Assembly: GCA_963817895.1 (NCBI GenBank) | Contig: CAWFQB010000010.1 | Span: forward strand, 150,877 to 214,876 | DNA: 64,000 nucleotides | Direction of reading: 5' to 3' | Source: an uncultured Chthonomonadaceae bacterium | Lineage (GTDB): Bacteria > Armatimonadota > Chthonomonadetes > Chthonomonadales > Chthonomonadaceae | Part shown: piece after piece, positions 21,505-31,566 of the stretch | Layout of the letters: each line of letters opens with the position of its first letter | Numbering within the stretch: the stretch's first letter is position 1 | Program-made: the position numbers and the translations under genes | Notes under the pieces: model-generated | Database searches by the model: none | What the model was told of the DNA's origin: nothing | Seen by the model: only the letters and a program-made list of their open reading frames with translations

Positions 21505-22845
21505 TCAAACCACCGAGGACACGGAGAACACAACTTCCGATGTGGCGTAGACTTTTTCGTCGTCGCCTATTTTTCCGAGGGGAGAGAGAAGTTGCCGGAT
21601 AGCGAATTTGTCTTGCAAGATTTGCGCCAAACCATCGCTGTTGTTGCCGCACTCCTGCCACATCGAACTGAGTATCACGACTCCGCCGTTGGGACGCGCT
21701 AAATCCTGTAGTTTGGCGGCGTTGTTGATGGCTGCGCCAATGTAATCGTTGGCTCCATTCTCATAAGTGATGCGAATGACGTGTCCGGCATCCACGCCGA
21801 TACCCAGGGCGGGCGGCACACTGCCCAACTCCTGTTCCCAATCCTCCGTTTTGAGCCACACGCCATACTCGCTGTAGATTTGGTAGGCCAGCCGCGCTTC
21901 CGTTTCGGCGCGTTCCCACAGCCGTTTTCTGTCGGGAACTTCCCACACAAACAAGAACCCGTCCCCCAGAAACTTGATAAAGTCCGGGCGATTGTCGGGA
22001 AAACTCAACGCCTGATTACGCGCCCACTCCCGCAAACTGTCCATAAACAGCCCCACCTGCGACGCGCTGCGCTTTGCCGTCACCTGTTTGGCCCATTGCG
22101 AGGAGCCGCGCAGGTCAAAGAAAATGGCGACCACATTGACATTGGACGAACCCCCCACAAACCGCAGGCGCGACGTGTCCGAAAGTCCCCATGCCACCGC
22201 GAGCGCGATAAACAGCATGGTTAAAACGGTGCTGCTCGCGCTGTCGAGAATCGCCCGCGCGCCCGGTGAAGAGGTTTGCAGAGCCAGCAGAAACTGTTTC
22301 GCGATCTGGTAGAGGAACGTCAGGCCCGTCAGCGCGGCCAGATACTGGTTGTTGTAAATATAAAAAGAGTAGATAAGCCCCAACCCCAAAATGATAAGGG
22401 CGAGGCTGGAAACGGTCGCGTCAATCACTTTGGCCGCCGGGGGCGCAACGAACAACAGAATCCACTCTATCAGGGAAGCGGCGACTACACAGGCAACCAT
22501 GTTACGCGGCCAGAATTTGCGGTCTTTGTTGTGAAACAGTTCTCGGACGCGGGCAAGCTGAAAGGCCGTCATGGTAAACAGGATACTGCTGACCGGGGAG
22601 AGGGTGTAGCTGATGGCGTCCGCGTTGCTGATCTTCCAGGGGCCGGAAAGCAATTTGGAAGCGTGAATAAGCGCCCAACTGAACAGGCTGATACACAGCC
22701 AGAGCAGGCTCCGGTCTTTCACATCGCGCTGTCGCAGCCATAAATGGAGCAGCAGCAGAATCACCGCGCCGCACAGCATTTGCGTCGCGGAAATCGCCGC
22801 CATAATAACCCCGGTATTGGGATTGTTCCAGAGCGCGTGATCCAT
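21505..22845 (-). CDS. Multi-TM class III nucleotide (adenylate-type) cyclase
   Basis: About 6-7 hydrophobic segments, then FFDLRGSS, KFLGDGFL, DYIGAAINNAAKLQD. Confidence 0.8.
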   Translation of the reverse strand: MDHALWNNPNTGVIMAAISATQMLCGAVILLLLHLWLRQRDVKDRSLLWLCISLFSWALIHASKLLSGPWKISNADAISYTLSPVSSILFTMTAFQLARVRELFHNKDRKFWPRNMVACVVAASLIEWILLFVAPPAAKVIDATVSSLALIILGLGLIYSFYIYNNQYLAALTGLTFLYQIAKQFLLALQTSSPGARAILDSASSTVLTMLFIALAVAWGLSDTSRLRFVGGSSNVNVVAIFFDLRGSSQWAKQVTAKRSASQVGLFMDSLREWARNQALSFPDNRPDFIKFLGDGFLFVWEVPDRKRLWERAETEARLAYQIYSEYGVWLKTEDWEQELGSVPPALGIGVDAGHVIRITYENGANDYIGAAINNAAKLQDLARPNGGVVILSSMWQECGNNSDGLAQILQDKFAIRQLLSPLGKIGDDEKVYATSEVVFSVSSVV

Positions 22846-22909
22846 CGTTGACTTCCTTCCCTGTTTCTGTCCTCGTGTCCTTCATGTTCCCCTTCTCCCC
22901 AAAAAAGCC

Positions 22910-22972
22910 GTCGAGGTTTTCCTGAGCGTGTCCGAAATCCGCTGGCAGCGCGTTCTTGCGCAGGCCGCGTAG
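22910..22972 (+). repeat. Direct repeat of the last 63 bp of the HD-GYP gene (21437-21499)
   Basis: GTCGAGGTTTTCCTGAGCGTGTCCGAA..CCGCTGGCAGCGCGTTCTTGCGCAGGCCGCGTAG; 61/63 identical. Confidence 0.95.
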
Positions 22973-23120
22973 GGAAAGCAAAGAAGAAAAGCAGAATTCA
23001 CTACCGGACCCATTTTGAAGCAGGTGGCGCGAGGCTGTGGCAAGAAGATACCCGGGCCGCGCAGGACAACAAAAGGTGTCCGATAGTGAAACAACCTGAT
23101 AACCTGACGACCCTCCTCCG

Positions 23121-24029
23121 CTACCGCGCATGCTCTTTCATCATCGCGTGGAAATCATTCGCCATTTGAATGGCCTGCTCATAGGGACGCTGCCAGATGT
23201 TGCGCCCGAAAATCAGGCCGGTCGCGCCCGCTTCCATCGAGCGCTTCGCTTTCAGATGCAGAGCCGCGTCGTCCTCGTGTTCGCCGCCCGAAATCAGCGT
23301 CAGGGTTCGGCCCGCTGTAGCGATGACGCGGGCGATCATGGCGGCTTCGTCCTCGTTCAGGTCGTTGTAGGGCGCGGGCATTCTGGCGCGGTCTTCGGGT
23401 GATACCTGCTGCGGGAAGTTTACTTTCACCACGTCCGCGCCCAACTCGGTCGCCACCCTTGCCGCGTAATCCACCGCCCAGATACTGTCCTGCCCGCCCT
23501 TCGCCTTGACGTTTTCGCCGCGCGGATACGCCCACACGATCACAGGCATTCCCAACTTTTCCGCCTCGTCCCGAACGCGGGCAAACTGCTTGAAATCCTC
23601 ATCCTGACGCGGCGAACCGACGTACAGCGTGTAGCCAATCGCGTCCGCGCCCAATCGAACCGCGTCTTCCACGCTGGACTCGACGGGCGAAAGGGGCGCG
23701 TCACCGCCGGAAATCTCGGTTTTGCCGTTCAGTTTCAGCACGAGGGGAACCAGTCCGGCAAAATCGCGCATGTACTTGTCGGCCAGTCCGTATTGCAGCG
23801 CGATGCCCGTGAACTTGCCGTCCAGCGCGACATTCAGTTCAAATTCGGGGTTGGCGCTGGCGGGATTGACGAAGAAATCGCGCGGCCCGTGTTCCAATCC
23901 CTGATCAATGGGTAAAAACAGCAGTGTGCCGTTCGCCGGCCCGTGCTGATACAACAATCGGTGCAGGCGCGTCCGCTTGCCCAGATTCAGATGCGTCATG
24001 TCGCTCAGGGTGATGGGTTTGTTTGACAT
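23121..24029 (-). CDS. Class I (DhnA-type) fructose-bisphosphate aldolase
   Basis: LPIDQGLEHGP, LKLNGKT, VWAYPRG, ELGADVVKVN, GLIFGRNIWQR. Confidence 0.9.
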   Translation of the reverse strand: MSNKPITLSDMTHLNLGKRTRLHRLLYQHGPANGTLLFLPIDQGLEHGPRDFFVNPASANPEFELNVALDGKFTGIALQYGLADKYMRDFAGLVPLVLKLNGKTEISGGDAPLSPVESSVEDAVRLGADAIGYTLYVGSPRQDEDFKQFARVRDEAEKLGMPVIVWAYPRGENVKAKGGQDSIWAVDYAARVATELGADVVKVNFPQQVSPEDRARMPAPYNDLNEDEAAMIARVIATAGRTLTLISGGEHEDDAALHLKAKRSMEAGATGLIFGRNIWQRPYEQAIQMANDFHAMMKEHAR

Positions 24030-24056
24030 AGGGATGCTCCAGGTGAGAGGAGGATA

Positions 24057-24110
24057 AGTGAGAGTGGAGAGTGAGAGTGGAGAGTGAGAGAACAAGCATT
24101 TACTCTCACT
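24057..24110. repeat. GAGAGTG tandem repeat with short inverted arm
   Basis: AGTGAGAGTGGAGAGTGAGAGTGGAGAGTGAGAG ... ACTCTCACT. Confidence 0.8.
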
Positions 24111-25283
24111 TCATTCTTTCACTTTCTCCATAAACTCGTTGATTTTGGCGCGAAAGGCTTTGACATATCCTTCGATGTTGTCGGCGGTGAGCGTATCGAA
24201 CGCGCTGCCATCTACGACAGTGCCGCCTGCATAGGCTTTATTGACATTCTCCGTGGCGTATGCGGCCTGAAACGCGGCGCGTACATCCGCGTCCGTAAGG
24301 CGGGCGAGTTGTTTGCGGAACCATTGCGCGTGGGTAAGGGGAATCTTCTCGTGAACCCCAACCATGCCTGCAATCACATCCTCAAACTTCAGCAAAACTG
24401 TGCCGTTTTCCACCTTGCGGATGAAACTGCTCTCCTTCTGGTAATCGCTGAGAACGCCTTTCGATTTCATCTGCCCGAAACTCGCGCCCCAATCGCTTAC
24501 GATATACAAATTTGTCGCGCCGTCCGTGTTGGCGATGTGGACGACCTTGTTGTTTTTGGGCTGCGCGTCCCAGTTGTGTACCATCACTTCCAGTATCAGC
24601 AGGCCGGAAAGCTGTTCGGGCGGAACGCCGGGATTTTTGCGCTCATCCCAATCGGCGTCGTTGTCTTCGTCTTTGGGGTTGGCTTTGTTTTTAGTTTCGC
24701 CTTTAAGGTGCTTGCTCTCTTTATCGTGCCGCTTGAACCGCGCTTCGCCGAACGCGCCGTCCGCGCTGATAAACGGCTTGCACTTGCCCAAATCCGTATC
24801 CGCGCTCAATCCCTCTATTTTGCCGACTTTCACATAGTAGCTTTCGTCCACGCCATAGCCGAGCGCCCACGCGAGACGGGGCGCGGCCACATCCGAGTGC
24901 GCTTCGGCCCCGAACTTAACCGTCCATTTCACGCCATTCTTGTCCGTCATGCGGCATTTGGGGCTGGTTCCATCGTTATCCTTTTCAAAATTGGAAAACG
25001 GCGGCGCAGGCAGGCGGGACGCGGGGTTCTGTTCCCGGCTCGCCGCGCCCCAGAACACCTGCGCGGGCGTCAGAGTCCCCCGGTCTTCCCATAAAAGCGC
25101 TTTGCCCGCTGTGATGCCTGGCGGCGCCGCTGCCTGCTTACCGCCTGCTTTTCCCGCCTGCTCGATTTTAAGCGCGGCCCTGTCTGTGTTCGCGCCTGAG
25201 TTCGGCGCAGACTGGCAGTGTCCCGCCGTCATACAGCACCCCATCATGCCAACCGCCAGCCAACTGCGATACCCCTGTTTCAT
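24111..25283 (-). CDS. Secreted protein with atypical kinase-like motifs
   Basis: Signal peptide; GTSPK, WTVKFG, NWDAQPKNN and VSDWGASFG resemble catalytic loop and DFG elements (inference). Confidence 0.65.
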   Translation of the reverse strand: MKQGYRSWLAVGMMGCCMTAGHCQSAPNSGANTDRAALKIEQAGKAGGKQAAAPPGITAGKALLWEDRGTLTPAQVFWGAASREQNPASRLPAPPFSNFEKDNDGTSPKCRMTDKNGVKWTVKFGAEAHSDVAAPRLAWALGYGVDESYYVKVGKIEGLSADTDLGKCKPFISADGAFGEARFKRHDKESKHLKGETKNKANPKDEDNDADWDERKNPGVPPEQLSGLLILEVMVHNWDAQPKNNKVVHIANTDGATNLYIVSDWGASFGQMKSKGVLSDYQKESSFIRKVENGTVLLKFEDVIAGMVGVHEKIPLTHAQWFRKQLARLTDADVRAAFQAAYATENVNKAYAGGTVVDGSAFDTLTADNIEGYVKAFRAKINEFMEKVKE

Positions 25284-25480
25284 TCTGTCCCGATCTCCTC
25301 ACCGTTTCAATTACGCAAAAGATGTCAGGAAATATGCGGTATATTCGCATACTGTTCCAGCAGATTACCCCATCTCCAGACAGGTTTATCTGCATACCTG
25401 GCCTGAACGGAAAACGCTGTGGCGAGGTTTCTGCCTGTTCACAGCGTTCGATATGCCGACGGCCTGCGTTGAGAAATGTA

Positions 25481-25861
25481 TTATTCGTGTTCTCGATAAT
25501 CTGCCGTGATGACGGACGAGAAGCCGCCGCGCACGGCGAAATCGCCCGTAATGGTCATCTGGCGCGGGCGGCACACGGCTACCAGATCGTCCAGAATACG
25601 GTTGACAACCGCCTCGTAGAAAATCCCCTGCTGCCGAAACGCGAAAAAGTACATTTTCAGCGATTTCAGTTCCAGACAAACCCGATCCGCCACATAATCA
25701 ATGGTGATCGTGGCAAAGTCCGGCTGCCCGGTTTTGGGACATACGGACGTGAATTCAGGACACGTATGTACAATACGGTAATCCCGCTCCGGGCGCGGAT
25801 TGTCGAACACTTCCAGTATCGCGACCTGCTCATCGCGCGTAATTTCGTCCAAAACCATCAT
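25481..25861 (-). CDS. queF: NADPH-dependent preQ0 reductase QueF
   Basis: [30 protein letters not shown]. Confidence 0.93.
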   Translation of the reverse strand: MMVLDEITRDEQVAILEVFDNPRPERDYRIVHTCPEFTSVCPKTGQPDFATITIDYVADRVCLELKSLKMYFFAFRQQGIFYEAVVNRILDDLVAVCRPRQMTITGDFAVRGGFSSVITADYREHE

Positions 25862-25957
25862 TTTCTTCCTCTTCCATCCCCTGCGCACTGCTATTACTTT
25901 TGTTAGATTCTTCTCCTCTATTATACTCGTTTTCGGTTTGCTCTGCCGGGGTACGCC

Positions 25958-25986
25958 TTGACCGCATTGCGATTCTCTAGTATAAT
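25958..25986 (+). promoter_or_regulatory. Sigma-70 promoter
   Basis: TTGACC-N17-TATAAT upstream of 26063. Confidence 0.7.
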
Positions 25987-26062
25987 GGGACGTTACCGGC
26001 AACTCTGGTAGACATTGATATACTTCGCGCTTTTCATTTTGGCGTTTGAAACGTGACGGCTT

Positions 26063-26353
26063 ATGGCACAGCGAATAGAGGTCGTGATCGGGATGCGGGT
26101 ACAGTTGCGCAAGCAGCACCCGTGCGGCAGCGATGAATGGACTGTGACGCGGGTTGGGGCCGATGTAGGCCTCGCGTGCGCGGGGTGTGGCCGTCGCATT
26201 ATGCTGGAGCGCGAAGATTTTGAGCGGCGCGTGAAGCGGATTGTATGCGCCGCGCCGGAGCTTCCGACTGCGTGGAACCCCTCTGCTCCCGCCGTTCCCA
26301 ACAACGGTCTTACGCCGGACGCAATCCCGACGTCCGACAAGACCGTGGAGTGA
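26063..26353 (+). CDS. DUF951 family protein
   Basis: [34 protein letters not shown]. Confidence 0.88.
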   Translation: MAQRIEVVIGMRVQLRKQHPCGSDEWTVTRVGADVGLACAGCGRRIMLEREDFERRVKRIVCAAPELPTAWNPSAPAVPNNGLTPDAIPTSDKTVE

Positions 26354-26362
26354 TTTTGTGTT

Positions 26363-27896
26363 ATGGTTCAACAGCACCAACGGGGGCGAAACACGCGCTC
26401 CGTCCGCCAATCCCGCGCTCATGCCCTGCGGCTGAGTGGGGCAATGGCCCTGATACTGGGAAGTGTGGCCGCCCGGCATTTGACCGCATCTTCTCATAAC
26501 GCGCGCCCGCTGAACGGCGTGACCACGCTGACGCCGATTCGTTACGAGGCGAAACAGACAACACCAACAGAGCAGCCGCCCGTTCCTGTTCTCGTTTCCG
26601 TGGATGGGCAGGACGCCCCGGCTGCGGATTCGACACCCCTTGCCGACGCGTTGCGCGGCTTTGCCATCCTGCCCGACAGTCTTCCCAATGCCGCCCCGGA
26701 TAGCGGTTCCACGCCCCTGCCCGCATGGTTCGAGCTGGGCGCGTCTGGACGGCAAACGCGCCCATGTTCAGGTAAACGCGCCCGCCGCTATGAGCGCAGA
26801 GGGGTTGGGCGCTTACGCCACGCGCGGCGAATGGGGAACCTCCCTGTGTCTGGTCAATAAAACCAACTTTCGCCTGCTGACAACCGCGCAACTTCGCCTG
26901 CCTCGCGGCGTCTATACGATTGAGCGACTTACGATAGGTCAGGGAACAGAAGAGGAGAAAAGGAGAAAAGGAGAAGAGGAGACTCAATCCGCAATCCGCA
27001 ATCCGCAATCTACAACAGATTTATCCTTCATCCTTCATCCTTCATCCTTTGCTCACCTGGAAGGCTGCGATTTCGGGGGAACGGGGACGGTACGGAAAGT
27101 GTTTTGCCTCGAACCGGGGCAGGCGTGTTTGTACCGCTGCGTGGATACGGCGCGGGAAGCGCGGGCGGCATGGTACGATGTCTTTACGCAATTACACGGG
27201 ATGGCGGCGCATCAGCCCGGACCGGCGCATCGCCTGAGCGTGATGCTGCGCGAAGCCGACAGCTACCTGTCGGGCGTTCGGGGCGGCGGCAATCATGGCG
27301 GGCGCGACGCGCGATTGGAGTGTATTCACCATCTGCTGCTCGTGACCGCGCAGGCGCACTCGCTGCACCATAATTATCAGATGCGGCGTACCGTAGAGGA
27401 GACTTCTGGCAAAGAAGTGTTTGCGGCGATGGATCGCCTGACGGTCGCGCTTTCCGAAACCAGCGCGGTTTTATTAGGCCTGGTTCCGCAGGTATCGGTG
27501 ACGCCCAACTCCATTTTGGGCGCGCAGGCGCGAACCGCCGCGTTCATTCGGGAACAAACCGAAATTCCAAATACGAATAAAAAGGAAAAGGATGCGGGCG
27601 CGGCGAATATATCCGCGCGCGTTGACCGCGCCGTTGTCGTATCGCTGGAAAATACGGGCGGGCGCAGCGTCACCCATGTCAAACTGGGCCTGAACATGGC
27701 CGGGATGCCGAACGGCGCGACCTGTGAGCCTGCCGATCCCGCGTATTTCGATGCCCTGCGTCCCGGCCAGAGCGTTCGCGCTGTCTTTCACGTAAAAGGC
27801 GCGGCAGGCGCGGATTTGCCCACCGCGCTGTTTACCGGCGATGTCTCTTATTTCGCGGGTACGGCTCCCGCGCATTTGCGCCCACGGGCCTGGTAA
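26363..27896 (+). CDS. Hypothetical exported protein (frameshift near 26700-26745; in-frame repeat insertion)
   Basis: ORFs 26363-26860 and 26604-27896 overlap; N-terminal hydrophobic segment; C-terminal beta-sandwich-like region. Confidence 0.55.
26950..27050 (+). repeat. Composite tandem-repeat insertion translated in frame
   Basis: (AAAGGAGA)n, (CAATCCG)x3, (TCCTTCA)x3 encoding [20 protein letters not shown]...FILHPSSF. Confidence 0.9.
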
Positions 27897-28016
27897 TTGG
27901 TGGTTAGTGGCTGGTGATTGGTTAAAACCGTCGCTGCTATAATGGCTGTTAAAAGACGCGCGAAATTTCGCGTTGAGCAAGCCAACCGCCAATCACCAGT
28001 TACCAACCACCAACCA
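27893..28016. repeat. Inverted pair of heptamer-type repeats
   Basis: TTGGTGGTTAGTGGCTGGTGATTGGTT versus CCAACCGCCAATCACCAGTTACCAACCACCAACC. Confidence 0.75.
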
Positions 28017-28029
28017 AAAGGTTCAAACT

Positions 28030-29757
28030 ATGCTCATAATTCCAACCTGGAACCCTCCCATACGCCGTGTCGCGCGGCCCGGTTCGCTGTTTGCCCTTCT
28101 GTCGCTGTTGGGGCTGCTGGCGTTTACGGGCGGACGCGCCCATGCTGCCGTCACCATCAATTTTGAACTCAAGGATGGCGTGAAAGTCAGCGATGTCGTG
28201 AAACTGACCACCAAAGCCGACAGTCCCGACGGCATTGACAAGGTGGAGTTCCGCATTGACGATCAACTCAAGTATACGGATACCAGTACGCCCTACGAAT
28301 ACGATTGGGATACGCTGGCCGACAAAGAGGGACCGCACACTGTGACGGCAACCGCCTTCGATTCCAACGGTCAAACGGCCCGCGCTGTTATCAAAGTGAC
28401 CGTAGACAACGAACTTAATACGGGCGCGGACACGCTGGCGAAACGGGCGCAGGACGCGCTGGCGAATAAGGACGTGGAGGGCGCGAAACGTTTCAGCCGC
28501 CGCGCCCTGAAAGCCGATCCGGGTAACCTCAACGCCGCGCGCTCCCTTGCGGGCATTTATGTTTCCGCTCTGGACTATGACAAAGCGATTGCCACGCTGG
28601 ACAAGGCGAACGGGCTGGACAACAACGCGCAGGCCATGAATGAACTGGCGACCTACCGGATGCGCCGCGCCCTGCAGCCGGACATGGCCCCCAAGTTTTT
28701 CAGCGAAGCGCAGACGGTCAGCGACCTGCGCCGCAAAGCGGGCGACCTGACCGTTGTCGATGTTACCAAAAAACAGGCGGGCGCGAACACGCCTGCCGCG
28801 CATGACGCTATCGGCGACGCGCTGATGCGGGCGGGACGTTTCCACGACGCGGCTGCCGAATATTCCAAATCCGGCACGAGCGACGAGACGCCGATTCCGA
28901 GCATCAACCGTTACGGGCTGGCGCTGGTAATGGACAATCGCCCCCTCGAAGCCCTTGCCGCCGTGCATAATCTTCAATTGGGCAAGCGCGATGATGCGCA
29001 GTCCCGCGCTGTTGTTGGGTTGGCGCACCTGCGGATGCAGCATTTTATGGAGGCCCGCGACGCCGTGAAGCAGGACTTGCCCGACCACGTTCTCGCGTCG
29101 CTGATTGTGGCCTCGTATGCCGATACCGCCCTGAGCAGCGCGTCCACCACTCCGGCGGAACACAAACTCGCGATTTCCGCGCATAAACTGGCGGTAGATG
29201 AGGCGATGGACGCGGTTACGCTGCAGCCGGATCTGGGCGAAGCGCAGTACGCCCTTGCCCTCGCGTCCACCAAAATCGAAGAGGCCGACACGGCTCTGAG
29301 CAAAGCGCTGTACCTGTCGCCGTTCCAATCCGGCCCGTACCTGAGCTACGCGACGGAGCAGGCGTTCCAGAAGCGGCAGGACAAGTACGATCAGGCGCTG
29401 AACCTGACCGACCTTGTGCTGAAACAGGAGCCGGAAAACGTGCAGGCCAAACTCACGCAGGCGCTGATCTACGTGCATCAAAAACGGTACACGGAAGCGC
29501 AGCCCCTGTTGGCTGACCTGCAAAAGAAGTACCCCGAATCCCCGGACGTGCTGACCACTATCGGCGTGTTTTATCAGGCGAAAGGCAACAATACCAACGC
29601 GGGGCAGTTCTTCGAAGCCGTGCGCAAGTCCGACCCGAAGCGTTTCAACTACACCATTCCGCCGACCTCGCTGGACCTGCTGGCGCGTCTGCGCAGCCTG
29701 CACTACCGCTCGGATTTCTTCCTGACACCCGCCGCGCTGTATCCGGCGACGAGCTAA
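28030..29757 (+). CDS. Secreted Ig-like (Big) domain plus TPR protein
   Basis: Signal peptide (RAHAA), GIDKVEFRID...PYEYDWDT...VTATAFD, followed by helical TPR-like repeats. Confidence 0.8.
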   Translation: MLIIPTWNPPIRRVARPGSLFALLSLLGLLAFTGGRAHAAVTINFELKDGVKVSDVVKLTTKADSPDGIDKVEFRIDDQLKYTDTSTPYEYDWDTLADKEGPHTVTATAFDSNGQTARAVIKVTVDNELNTGADTLAKRAQDALANKDVEGAKRFSRRALKADPGNLNAARSLAGIYVSALDYDKAIATLDKANGLDNNAQAMNELATYRMRRALQPDMAPKFFSEAQTVSDLRRKAGDLTVVDVTKKQAGANTPAAHDAIGDALMRAGRFHDAAAEYSKSGTSDETPIPSINRYGLALVMDNRPLEALAAVHNLQLGKRDDAQSRAVVGLAHLRMQHFMEARDAVKQDLPDHVLASLIVASYADTALSSASTTPAEHKLAISAHKLAVDEAMDAVTLQPDLGEAQYALALASTKIEEADTALSKALYLSPFQSGPYLSYATEQAFQKRQDKYDQALNLTDLVLKQEPENVQAKLTQALIYVHQKRYTEAQPLLADLQKKYPESPDVLTTIGVFYQAKGNNTNAGQFFEAVRKSDPKRFNYTIPPTSLDLLARLRSLHYRSDFFLTPAALYPATS

Positions 29758-29763
29758 AGCGCA

Positions 29764-29889
29764 GGGAGTAGGGGTAGGGAGTGGGGAGTAGAAGCTCGTT
29801 CCTTGTTTGCTTCGCGTTAAATGCAAGCAAACAAAACCGAGCATCTTCATAATTCGCTCCTACTCCCTACTCCCTACCCCCTACTCCCT
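29764..29889. repeat. Inverted pair of GGGAGTA/TACTCCC repeats
   Basis: GGGAGTAGGGGTAGGGAGTGGGGAGTAG versus CTCCTACTCCCTACTCCCTACCCCCTACTCCC. Confidence 0.85.
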
Positions 29890-29890
29890 T

Positions 29891-30673
29891 ATGAACACTC
29901 CGCCCCCCGGATCGCCCATAGAAGAGGCCGCGTTTGTCGAGGTCGCGCCGTTGTACGACATGCTCATGACGGGCGTGCCGTATACGATGTGGATCACATA
30001 TCTGCGGCAGTTGCTGGAGGAGCGCAAGGCGCGTCCGCGTCAAGTGTTGGATCTGGCCTGCGGCACGGGCAACGTGTCGGAACTGCTGACGGGCGAAGGC
30101 TTTGCGGTGACGGGCGTGGATATTGCCCCCGGCATGATCGCGCAGGCGCAGGCGAAAGCGGCGGCGGCGAACCTGCAAATCGCGTATGCCGTGCAGGACG
30201 CGGCGGTTCTGGATTTACCGGGCAAGCGTTTCGATCTGTGCGTGTCCCTCTTCGACAGCCTCAACTACATCACCGACCCTGCCCGCCTGCAAATGGCGAT
30301 GGAGCGCGTGGCCGCGCATTTGACCCGGAACGGCATTTTCATCTTCGATTTGAATACCGAGTACGCGCTGGTCAACCACTTTTTCGATCAGGACAACCTG
30401 AGCAGCAGCGACCGCCTGCTGTACGATTGGAAAAGCAGTTTCGATCCGCAAACCCGCCTGTGCCGCGTCCAGATGAACTTCCGCTACCGCCCCGAAAACG
30501 GTAGTGAGCGCGTGTTCGAGGAGGTTCACTGGCAGTACGCCTACCGGACGGAAGAGATCATTTCCATGCTGGAGCAGGCCGGCTTCGACCAGATAATGAC
30601 CTATAAAGCGTACACCCTCCGCCAACCCGTCCGCTCTTCCGACCGCATTTTCTACGTTGCCCGCCGCCCGTGA
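29891..30673 (+). CDS. Class I SAM-dependent methyltransferase
   Basis: VLDLACGTG, TGVDIAPGM, FDSLNY, GIFIFDLN. Confidence 0.9.
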   Translation: MNTPPPGSPIEEAAFVEVAPLYDMLMTGVPYTMWITYLRQLLEERKARPRQVLDLACGTGNVSELLTGEGFAVTGVDIAPGMIAQAQAKAAAANLQIAYAVQDAAVLDLPGKRFDLCVSLFDSLNYITDPARLQMAMERVAAHLTRNGIFIFDLNTEYALVNHFFDQDNLSSSDRLLYDWKSSFDPQTRLCRVQMNFRYRPENGSERVFEEVHWQYAYRTEEIISMLEQAGFDQIMTYKAYTLRQPVRSSDRIFYVARRP

Positions 30674-30729
30674 AATCCTGTCCATTAGTGTTAGATATGA
30701 GGAGTTTCAGAGAAAGTAGAAATTAGCCC

Positions 30730-31260
30730 GTGAGCATGCCTGCGCGTACTGCTGCAACATTGAAAATGTACCTGTCGCGCCCCGACGCGCAACTGCCTGC
30801 GCAGATCGAGAGCAGAGAAGCCGCGCAGGAAATCATGCGGTTGTATCTTGCAAATGGAGGCGCAACGTTTAGTTTACGCTTTGGTAATCAGTCCGGGCAG
30901 CGTTTGTACGCGGTGTGCATCTATCCTGAGCGCAGTTTGATCCTTGAAGGAGGTGACATCAGCATTGAGGATATTCACGATTATTTATCTGTAAACAAGG
31001 AGTGGCTTGCTGATCCGCGCTGCTGCATCGGGATATGGTACAGCGAGGAGAGTGATATAACCTATCTTGACATTTCCATCTTGTTGCCGCAAAAAAGAGC
31101 GGCTCTGGTGCTTGGAAAGCGGTACAATCAAGAGGGCATATTCGATCTGTATCGCGCAAAGTATATTCCAACGGGCGGCACAGGCGAACCGACGGGAAGC
31201 ATGCCTGCAATCAAGCAGAGACTACCCATTTTGATGCGTGGGCGGAGGGGAAAGCCGTGA
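30730..31260 (+). CDS. Hypothetical protein
   Basis: Intact ORF with GGATFS and IGIW...YLDIS...LGKRYNQEGIFDL; overlaps the next gene by GTGA. Confidence 0.65.
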   Translation: MSMPARTAATLKMYLSRPDAQLPAQIESREAAQEIMRLYLANGGATFSLRFGNQSGQRLYAVCIYPERSLILEGGDISIEDIHDYLSVNKEWLADPRCCIGIWYSEESDITYLDISILLPQKRAALVLGKRYNQEGIFDLYRAKYIPTGGTGEPTGSMPAIKQRLPILMRGRRGKP

Positions 31261-31538
31261 AAACACAAACGATAAAATTGCGTGTGCGTGTGGGTGGCCT
31301 TGCAGAAGGCAATCCGCCGATGCTGGCCTTTTCCAAACTGGTGGCGCGACCAGACGGCAAAACCAAACTACATTCTCAAATGGCGCAGGTGACGGATATG
31401 GCGCTGCTGGCAAAATTACGCTGCGAAGCGAACAACGGAGTGGAAGCGGATGTTGTTCTGGAAACCCGGCTTTCCAGCGAAGAGATGTCCACAACGCTCA
31501 AAGAGTTCATCTTGGTTCCATCTGGCGTTATGGCGTAA
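31257..31538 (+). CDS. Hypothetical protein
   Basis: GTG start coupled to the upstream stop; GGAGG RBS. Confidence 0.6.
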   Translation: MKTQTIKLRVRVGGLAEGNPPMLAFSKLVARPDGKTKLHSQMAQVTDMALLAKLRCEANNGVEADVVLETRLSSEEMSTTLKEFILVPSGVMA

Positions 31539-31566
31539 AATATGAACAGAATGAAAGGCTACTTCA

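Noticed and set aside
25862..26755. N-terminal extension of QueF (424-aa ORF) and a preQ1 riboswitch
   Set aside because: The extension overlaps plus-strand genes and lacks motifs; no recognisable preQ1 aptamer
28000..29850. Long antisense ORFs (616 aa here; also 33804-34871, 46749-47888, 40998-42140)
   Set aside because: Shadows of GC-rich genes with clear motifs on the opposite strand
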